In this document: in pieces, positions 54,785 through 64,000 of the stretch
How positions within the stretch are numbered: the stretch's first letter is position 1
How the letters are laid out: each line of letters starts with the position of its first letter
Assembly (NCBI GenBank): GCA_013239625.1
Contig: MU054187.1
Coordinates: forward strand, 11,305,231-11,369,230
DNA length: 64,000 bases
DNA from: Lama guanicoe
Taxonomy: Eukaryota
Direction: 5' to 3'
Translations under genes and position numbers: made by a program
The notes under the pieces: model-generated
The model's database searches: none
What the model was told of the DNA's origin: nothing
What the model saw: the letters and a program-made list of their open reading frames with translations, nothing else

Positions 54785-56345
54785 CTGTTACATATTGCAT
54801 GCTCTGCTAAGCACTAGTGATCCCAAAGTGAGTAAGAGTAACATCCTGTCCTGGAAGAGATCGTATGCTGAAGAAAAAGACCAAAACAACAGATAATTTT
54901 CTTAACAGTATAACACCCGCAAAAAATAGAAGTGTATTGAGATTAAGTACAGAACTGAGGCCAGAGTAGTTCTTTCTCTCTTATGAAAGTCAAAAGAACA
55001 TTTATAGAGATGATGTTGATTGTGTGAATTTTAAAGGATTAGCCTGAGGTGTGGAAGGACATTCCAGAAGGGGAGAGCACTGGAGAACAGAATATGTGAG
55101 AAAACCTGGGGAACTGGTTTCAGTTGGTGCTGGGGTGTTGAATCTTGGTGGGGTGGTGGGGCAGGGCTAGAGATTTAGTCAGGGGCCCAGTCACGGATAT
55201 TGCACTGCTTCATGCCGAGATGTTTAGACCCATTACTCAGGTAAAACACAAACTTGTGCTCATGAGTTTTTGGGGACCAGCTCAGGATCCAAACAAAGTT
55301 CATTTTATAGGTTCACGTCAATATAAAAAGCTTAGGCTGATACGGAAGTCAACGACAACACAAAGACATTATTTGGTTCAATAGACTATTTTTGTTTATT
55401 TGGGTTTTTTGTTTGTAGCAATCCCACCTCCGTGATGGATGCACTGCAACACAAGGTCCTGACCTCACCCAGATCTGGCACTTTCAGGAATACTCTGTAG
55501 TCAAGAGAGAGGCAAGGATGAACTTTGCTTGGGGCTGAGAAGGCAGAGGGTAGATGTGACTTATATTTTAGGAAGATTTCATACAGGTTGCCTACTAGCC
55601 AGTATAGGATGTGGCTTGAGCACGAGCCTAGGGAATGATAATGCTATAAACTAGGAGACCAATTAAATTCTCACTGTACAATTGCCTTGTACAGTGAGAA
55701 ACGTGGAGGGTCTGAGCATTGTGGGTGGACAACAGGGCACAGATTCCAGAGATATTTAGAAGGTGGAACGTTCTCAACTTGGGGACTGAATGAAGGAATG
55801 AAGAAAAAGGAAACATCTACAAAACTACTTTTAAGCTTGAGCCACTAGGTAGCTATAATGGACCTACCATAAGACAAGAGGCACAAGTTAATAGAAGAAA
55901 ATTGAGTTAGCTGGGGTAATGTTGGCTTGAGAGGTTAAGCTACTACATTAAATAAAATACAAAGTCATTTTTGAAAAGTATGAAATTGCCAGATTTGTCT
56001 TAGAAATTTAGCAAAGGACCATAGAACCAGGCTCTCCCCATTATGCTCAGTTCCCCGAAGACAGGTCAGCATCCGGGCTCAGGGGGCTCTGAGCTTTCAT
56101 CTCGTATCCCTACGGTTGAGTGAAATGCTTTCCCATTCACTTTCAATAGGAAGGCCATGTCTAGCACAGGCTGGCCGGTAACTACATATAACCCCCCAAA
56201 AAGAGAAATGTGTACTTCCTCTGCACCTTTGGAAATGAGTGGAGACTTGGGAAAAGGTCCATGGGCGAGTAGCATATTTATTCATAAAGAACACATATTC
56301 TTGAAGAATTTATACTTACTCATCAAGAAGCCGCCCTTTCCTTAG

Positions 56346-56526
56346 AAAGGCTTTGTCACTTTCCTTGAACTGGGGACCCACTCAGAGACTAGAGGAAAAG
56401 CGGTCACATCTAAGACTAAAGCAAAGGGGGAGATTTCTTACCTGGCCATGATTTACCCTACCAACATTTCCTCCCCCTTCAGGCTCAGCGAGAAGTTCTT
56501 CCCGTTAACTTGAATGGAAAGGAAAG
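56346..56526 (+). other. SULF1: Homolog of an optional human SULF1 5'UTR exon; splice sites shifted or weak
   Basis: TCACTTTCCTTGAAC...CACTCAGAGACTA...ATTTCTTACCTGGCCATGATTTA...TTCTTCCC resembles the recalled human exon; candidate acceptor CCCTTTCCTTAG (AG at 56344-56345) and weak donor AAG|GTGCAT (GT at 56527). Confidence 0.45.
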
Positions 56527-59500
56527 GTGCATCACGCTGGTGAATTTTTTAAAGATAACAACTGGAAAATTCTGAACATTGAGAATGAATAGAAAAGAAT
56601 CTGATTAGCAGACAGGAAGCTGCGACTTAAAGTCTTTGAGGTCTGATTACTCGATAACCTTCATTTTCTTATACCCGTTCACCCTTTCTAATCTTCTGTG
56701 GCAAAGCCTCTATCGGATTTCCTGGATTTCAGAGCTCTTACCCCACCTGAACTTCAGAGCAAATGCCATTTACTACGAAAGGGGCTTAGGCCTAGCCTTC
56801 ATGGCTGATCTCACAAAGTCGTATAGTATTTCCTCCTGGTGGGTGAACTGTATCAACACATTTAAAAGCAGATTTAAGAAACTCTTTTCACCTCTAAATA
56901 GAAAGAGTTTTATCACTCATCAGGAAGATAAGATTTGGATATAATCTGAAGCCATTCTGGCTTCTGTTAGCTCATTTCAGATTCCCCTAACCTCAGAAAT
57001 TAATCTTTGGTTTTTGAAGTGATGAGAAAGGTTTCTATTTCTGCTAAAATGCTTCCACTGTTAAAAAAATAAGAAGAAGAAAAAATAAGGAGTCCCCAGG
57101 AGCTGTTACTGTCTCAGTTATACAAAATAATCACCAAATATATTTAGAATAAGATGAGCTCGCTTCATGGGAAAGTTTATTATTTAAAGAAGGAGCAAGA
57201 TCTATCTGGGGGAATTCCTATGAGTGCAACTGAAAGTATGAGGACCATCCTGAGCTTCCATACATGGTGCCGGCCATTCTCCTTTTAGGCTACTCAAGCC
57301 ATTTAAAGTCTTGGCTTCACAAGGAAGGGCTCCAACTTCACAGTCTTTTTGAGTTTGATGACATGATGATTTACTCCAGGCTGGGGACTGCCCTGAGCCA
57401 CCGTGCTCTCCTGCGCAGCGTTTGAAGAGTGGACAGGGTGCAGCTGTGCATCCCCCAGACGCCTGAGGCCAGAGCAGCATGCTGAATTTTGCTTCATCTC
57501 TGTGCTCCGTGCAAAGCTGGAAGCGCCCCAGCTCTCTCTTGGGTTTGGCTTCCTGTTCACATGTTTTCTGGTCTCAAGTCATTGTACATGAAGTAATAGC
57601 CCCACGTGCGTGCACTGTCCACAAAGGCAAGACTTGTGCGGTTCAGTGTAAGTTTTCTAATGAGGACATTTTGAACCCTTCAATAACTCCTTGGGGAAAG
57701 CAGCTTGGAAACAGTTACAACCTTCCAAGGTGCAGGAAGCAAAGAGAAAGACACATCAGCAACAAGACTAAAGCCACTTTTAGGAGACAATTAAAGGACA
57801 GCTGCTTAAGGAGGATAAACACATATTTGACACATCTCTCTAAACACATGCACATACGTATACAGTATAAAGAAATGCCTCCAATGCACAGGTTTAAAAT
57901 ATCAGTTACTGTTTCAGCATTTCACTAACTATGAGTGGTACTAGTGTTTTCCACCGAGGACTGTTATTTTAATGACATCTCTCTGCAGCAAAATCTGATG
58001 AGTTTACGAAGTTTGAGAGCCAGGAAATGCAGCTCCGTTTCTGAACAACCGAGAAAGCCAGGAGAGTTAAGTTCAATCATCTGCTTGCTTTCCAGCATGG
58101 ATTCCTGAGTGCTAAGTGTAATAACACACTAATACAGAGGGGACGCCAAACCAAACTTTTAAAGTACAGCTCTTAAACTATCGAGCTTAACTTCTCGACA
58201 TATTACCAGCAGGTGGAATTCTGGCACGCACCCACACTTATTTGTGGATGTTAATGTCAAATTAATGGACACACGTACCAACGTTTTATAGAATTTTAGA
58301 GCAGAAGGAGATTGGGAAGTCTTCTAGTCTTACCTTTTATTTTACGAACAGAGAAACCGAAATTCCTCTGCACGCTCCCTAAACACACACACATATATCT
58401 GAGTCTTCCTGCATTGCTTACACGAAATACTATAATTCTGACTTAAGAACAGGAAAGGACAAAATGACCCAAAGCCGAGGCAAAGGTTCCCTGCTCCATT
58501 CAGGTTTGTGTGGCCCAGCTTTCGGGCTGTGAGCTGGCCATTTTTTCTTGCTTCAGGAGCCATTCAGGGTCTCAGTTTAGATATATTTAACCAAAATTTG
58601 GATAAACTCCCAAGCAAACCAAGGGTCAATGTGTGACTCAGATACTGACGGCACAGCGATGCCCAGTCAGTGCACAGGAGCTCTGGGGCCACAGGATGAC
58701 CACAGCACCGAATGTAGACAGAGCCCGAGGTACAGCCCTCACTCACCTTCAGACCTGGCCAGAGAGATGACACGGTCACTGGTCTAGGCAGCAGCGGAGA
58801 CTGCATAACTAAACATTGCATTGGGGGGCACAGGTTTTGAGTGTACAGGAGTTCTGGAAGGAGAGAGAGATGAAAACTGAGGTCATCAGCTGATCCTGAA
58901 GGGACACTTAGAATTTTACTATGTGGAGGGAGTTAAAGGTAAACTTTTCTAGCAGAAGTGAAAGTATGAGAGGATCTCACTCCAGGACCCCGAGGAAGCC
59001 AGGCTGGCGCGTGCTGTCCAGGGGCACCTGTCCACCTGAGCAGTGGACCACGGAGTCCCCCATCATTATCTACTAAACCGTTCCTGAAATAAGTAATGGT
59101 TATTTCACCCCCCACCCCGACGGTTATTTATACCCCCAAAGGACCAGATATAAATTACTTTAATTATATTTATATAACTATAAATCCACAATAATATACA
59201 TACAATTACATCATTGAAAATCCAAAATAAATTGCGGCTTAAATGTAAACAGAACCGTAAACCAGTAATGTTCTATTGGTGGGAATAGAATGAATTGGTC
59301 AAAACTAGAGATAGTAATTTGATTTTCCAGAGGATGCTGTTTTGCTGAGTCTAAAAATACAAATTTGTTTTAACCAAGTGTTCATTAATGAAATTGTAAA
59401 AAAAAGAGGGGGAGAGGGAGGGAAAGAAATACTTTAATTAAAATTTTCTATTGCACATTTCATTCTCCACTTCTAATGAATTATTACAAGTTGGCACATG

Positions 59501-59894
59501 TAAAAGAAGCAAGGATCCAGGCAGTCCATCTGCTGGTGTCAAGATTAGGGAACCGAGAACCAGGGCATCACCCTACTCTCCTCTGGCAAATAAAACTTTA
59601 TATGGCACAACAGAGGTATTGCTTTCTCACATGCATACACATACCAAGCAGGTATAAATGCCTGCTTGTGTTCTTTCACAGCCTTTAAATTATGACATTA
59701 ATTTAATAGCGCTTAAATATTTCACTATTCTCCCACACATTATCATTTTAATGATGACAAAGCAAAGTCTCCATTTACAAAATTTATGAAAACTCTGTTC
59801 TCGTGCCATGAAAATGTCTTTTGATAGCAAATCACTGCAAGAAAAATTATATCTTTATTAAGGGCTTAAAAAAAAGTCCTATGCAAGTGATAAT

Positions 59895-60130
59895 GATTGC
59901 CATGTTTATTCAATGCTTGTGATGGGCCACGTACTCCTCTGAATTTTTCACATGGATGTTTGTATGTAACCCTCACATCAGCCCTATGGGATAGATACTC
60001 TTCTTAATCCTCACTTTCTCAGAAGAGGATACTGAGCTGTGTTCTCTATGAAGTAACTTGCTCAAGGTCACACGGCCAGTGGATGCTGCAGCCTGGAATT
60101 CAGGATCTGCAGATTCCAGGGTCCGCTGCT
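59895..60130 (-). mobile_element. MIR SINE
   Basis: TAACCCTCACATCAGCCCTATGGG...TCTCAGAAGAGGATACTGAG...AAGTAACTTGCTCAAGGTCACACGGCCAGT. Confidence 0.75.
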
Positions 60131-61582
60131 CCCAGCAGTTAGATTCAGAACAACCGCGGAAAGGATGTTGTTGTTTTGACGGTTGGCTAGTCCAGCATGA
60201 CCACAGATCCTTGTAGCCTCACATTCAAACGTCATCTTTTACTTTGGGAGATTGCAAGGTGCCATGCATAATTATAAACAAACTTTTCTATGTCTTCCCG
60301 GCACATATTGAGAAAGTGGAGATCTGCATAATGCTTATAATCATTTGTCATGTTATCAGAGAGGCAGAAACAGAAAATATCAAAGTTCTCGAACTCACCA
60401 ACTCCCAGGATGAGTACAAGGGAGTGGTCAAAAAGCCGACTGGTCAAAAGTGTGCCAGATCACGGAGGGCGGCATCAGTGGGTGGAGGAGTTGGTCTTCT
60501 GCCGGGGATGGAAAGAGACGTGATAAGGGAAAGGCAGCTTGGGAGGAAGAGTCCTGCGACGGAAGGCCAGCTTGGGGGAGGTCCTGCTGCAGCAGTCTCT
60601 GAGAGTGAAGCTTCCAGAACACAGCGAAGAGCCTGGGACTGCCCACATTTAACCAGAGTCAACAGGGCCAGTTCCAAACAAGAAGAGATTCCAGGTCTAT
60701 TGTATTGAAGTAATCTGCACCCGTTACCTCTGAGATTCTGAGATTATTCACTAGTGAAGAGGTAAGAAAGCTCCGAATGAAATGCCTTATTAGTATATGG
60801 GCAAGAGAAGTATTCTTAAATGTAAAAGAGATTTTTGAGTTGTTAAATAGGGTGCATCTTTTTCCTATTCTTACAGCTTCTATGTCTTACAACTTATGTT
60901 TCCTTGTAAGACGTATGTACTAGATTTCTTTCCGTTTCTATTTTATGTATCATATCTGCATTTGTATGTAGCGTGTATACGTTAAAATGTGCTATTCTTG
61001 GCAGCAAGATTGTTTCATCAAATACTTAATGCAGTAAAATGGGTGTTTCCTCTTACTCAAAGTAGCTAAGTTGATGTTAGTCACTTACATTTTTTCAACT
61101 GTCATAAATGCAGAATAGAAACAAATTTAACCACTTTGCTTACTTTGCTGCTCTTCAAATAATAGCTTGCAGTCACTTGAGAAGATTTTATGATTCTGCA
61201 CATGTTCCTTTAAAATAGGTCTCATAACCTGAAATTAGATGTCATTCAACTTTTAAACTCAAAACACTTTATACACCTTTAAAAATCAACTCTTTTTTAT
61301 TGGCTTTATGAAATCCAGTCAGAGAATAATGTGAAATGACCCTAATGGAGAGTCTTTTCCTCAATGAAGAGAAAGTCAAATGGAAACTTCTAGGAAAGGA
61401 CCAATTTTTCCCACAAGGCTTCAAAAGTCTCCTGGAACAACTGTAAGAAACTCAATCAGGATGAAGTTTGGCGAAAGCTATTCCTAACGCCGTCCTCCTT
61501 TGAAGGTGTGAAAGGGCGTGATCTGAAAGATAAATCACTGATAAAATGCCGCTGATGGCACCTTTGCTGTCTTCCATCTTAG

Positions 61583-61677
61583 GTGCTGACGGCCAGCCAC
61601 CATCATCTGAGGACAGTGAATTTAGCAAATGACATGCAGGTTCTCCAAGGCAGAGTGATTGCAGAAAATCTTCAAAG
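61583..61677 (+). other. SULF1: SULF1 shared 95-nt non-coding 5'UTR exon
   Basis: Acceptor CTTTGCTGTCTTCCATCTTAG|GTGCTGACGGCC...GCAAATGACATGCAGGTTCT...GCAGAAAATCTTCAAAG|GTACTC donor; closely matches the human SULF1 UTR as recalled. Confidence 0.9.
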
Positions 61678-64000
61678 GTACTCGTATCAAATATTTATCT
61701 CTTGATTAAACTAAGGCGGTAATTAAACCTGAGTGCTCCATGTCACTTGAAGAGGGGGATGGTTCGTGGATGGGGAATTATGAGAAACTGAGAGCGAAAG
61801 GGGACCTTAAATGTAGCAGAGCCATTTCATGAAATTAGTCTTCAGGATGACGAAAGAACCAGCAAAAGAATCGTGTAACTTTATCAACATGTCATGGGCT
61901 ATTCAGGAAGCTCAGGGATTTGAGAGATTGTTGATGGCCGGCCAGCTATGCCCAGACATCCACAGTTTCAGGCATGAGAACTGCAGATGTCAGCTGTCTT
62001 GTTCACAGTTTGACTTCACAGTTTCTTGCCTTGGCCAGATACATTAGTGCCAAGAGTGTCATGAGGCCAGGGCAAGCTACCGAGACCCACCCCAGCAATA
62101 CAACATTGGTTGCAAAAACATCCCAGGGGTGTTAATTCATAAGCATTTATAGACCCCACGAGTCTCTTCTTAAATGTCAGCATTGAAAGTTGTTCCACTT
62201 CGCCCTCAACCAAAACAAACAGGGAAACTGTTGAGTTCCTCCTGGTTTCAAATTGCAGCTCTTCAAAATCATTGCCCTTTGCTTGACTTTCATTCTGAAT
62301 CTTGTGTTAGCCCAGGTTGCCTTGGGATAAGTCTTTTAATCACCAAAAAACTCATGAACTTCAGACAAACAAAACGAAACAAAACAGAATCTTCCAAGTG
62401 TGACCTGAGTTTCAGGTTTGTCTTTTGAGGGTTGATTTCTCCAGCTTATCTTGCTAATACTTACGGAATTAAACACGTTGTCTTCATACTACAAACGGCC
62501 AGGGAACAAGGGAATAGCTAAAAGTGTGTGGGAGTCTGGGTTAGCTTAGTTCCTTGACAGAAAATCATGAGCACTGGCAGTTCTTCTATAATTTTCAGAG
62601 CTTTGTCTGCAGGTGGGTCTGGGGTCTCACCAGGAATGTATTGGATGCTGGTTATTCATAAGTTAAATCAACAGTAAGAGAAGACAAATTGAAGTTTAGG
62701 TCTCCTTACTTCAAAACTCCAAATGGGAAAGGAAAATATTCCCCCAAAACTGAAAAAAGGCATGTTTAGGAATAAGTTCAGTAATCAGTAGAACCGTGAC
62801 TTCTTAAAGCTTCTTCATCTTCTTGAGTCAGTTTGCAAAACCTTTTTCTGTGACTGTCTAGTCCAATGCATCAGTTTTTCTGTAGGAAAGAAAGAGATTG
62901 ACCTTGAGTATCATGCCATTCAAAATTAACTATAGAAGAGGCTGGAAAACCTTTCATGCTGGAGGCCACCCTATGTCTTCCCAAGAGGTCACTGAAGACC
63001 TGATTTTGCAAAGCGTCCATCTCAGACTCTTTTGTGTTATGAAGAGGCCACTTTTTGGGGAGACCGAGTTGTTTATTATCTGTCCTGTGATCTTTCATTT
63101 CACACTTTTTCTCCCTTTCATGGGTAACTTCACCACTTTCGGTATCACATCCTTTTATTTCTCAGCGTAGCCTTATTATGAGAAAATAGAAATGTGTTCA
63201 CTCTAATACTGGATCAAGTTAGAATTACTTGCTCAGATTTAACATGTATGACACTTACTTCCTCTAAATCTGCGGAACCCCTGTTAGAGCAGGCTCCAGT
63301 CTGCTTTTTCTGTCTTCGGACTGGAAAATTCAAATTCAAAGTCTGACCGGCTGCTGGCTTCAGAGATCTGTGCCCCTCCTCCTCCATCATTTGAGCTGGA
63401 TTAGGTTGGTAGCTGATCGCTTCCCGTGGCCGCATCTGTATTCACCTGGGCACAGTCCTCCCACTCGGCAAATTTTGTGGAAAGAGATAGGTCCTTTCTG
63501 TGTGTGTGCAAGCCGTCTGGTTTAGAAAGTAAGGACCATTTTAAAGAGTCTTAGGGCTTCAGCATGCTGCCCTGTGCATTTTTGATGGCCTCTGTTTGTG
63601 TCATTGGGGTATAAAGTCCTTTCATTTACTATTTTTCCAGCTTTAAGAACTGCTTACCTGCAGTTCATTGAATTTGGCATTACCTCCAAAGCACATAACG
63701 CAAGAAACAGAACCAGGAGAAGGCAGAAGCAAATCTCAGAGGCTGCCCAAAGCATCTTCTGGCTGTGCGATTGCCGGAAGATTCGCTCTTGTTCCAAGGA
63801 GAGACAGGTTGTATTTACATACAATGAGACACCCGAAGGACAACTTAACGTCGCAGCTTGGGGGAGATTTTGAGGGCTCTTGTCACAAATGTTCACACCT
63901 GTGGGATAGACTGTTATTTTCAGTGGAGCCTGGTTTTCAGCTTGAAATACACCTGCCAAAACCTGAATGGCCACTTTTGTACCTTCTGGACTCAAAAACT

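Larger units (their letters stand above)
53291..54792. repeat. Direct tandem duplication, 2 x 751 bp (53291-54041 and 54042-54792)
   Basis: The copies read identically except for two substitutions noticed (53431 C vs 54182 G; 53990 A vs 54741 G); paired ORFs in the track are offset by exactly 751. Confidence 0.97.

Noticed and set aside
55419..55586. Possible cassette exon (TTTGTTTGTAG acceptor, CAG|GTTGCC donor)
   Set aside because: Weak donor, lies among L2-like debris, and does not match the SULF1 UTR as recalled
60244..60708. 154-aa ORF (also the 149-aa ORF at 57479 and the 137-aa ORF at 45807)
   Set aside because: Intronic, with no recognisable homology and no convincing splice or promoter context
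1..64000. Prokaryotic-type systems (operons, CRISPR, defence loci)
   Set aside because: The sequence is mammalian intron and intergenic DNA throughout, with no gene-dense or foreign-looking segment

Overview
This is AT-rich mammalian genomic DNA, most likely from a camelid (camel, alpaca or llama): it carries five copies of a tRNA-derived SINE that matches the camelid Vic-1 type. No real protein-coding CDS is present. The supplied ORFs are noise, microsatellite translations or antisense to repeats. The window covers ~27 kb of upstream intergenic DNA plus the non-coding 5' end of SULF1 (extracellular heparan-sulfate 6-O-endosulfatase 1) on the + strand. I recognised SULF1 by similarity to the human 5'UTR as I remember it, so the assignment needs BLAST confirmation. 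The recognisable parts are first exon 1a (donor after 28269), an alternative first exon 1b in a CpG-rich region (donor after 51736), a degenerate homolog of an optional human UTR exon (~56346-56526), and a 95-nt shared UTR exon (61583-61677). The coding exons lie beyond the window. The rest is repeat debris: an ERVL pol relic, L1MB/L1MC, MLT1A, ERV1 and ERVL solo LTRs, MIR, L2 and microsatellites. The most notable items are: a near-identical 751-bp tandem duplication (53291-54792) that doubles an antisense LTR with an intact TATA box near the second promoter; uORFs in all three well-supported UTR exons, including a spliced 60-codon uORF; a candidate 48-nt hairpin micro-exon; and a perfect RFX X-box upstream of promoter 1. 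I did not find convincing evidence of a wholly new biological system.
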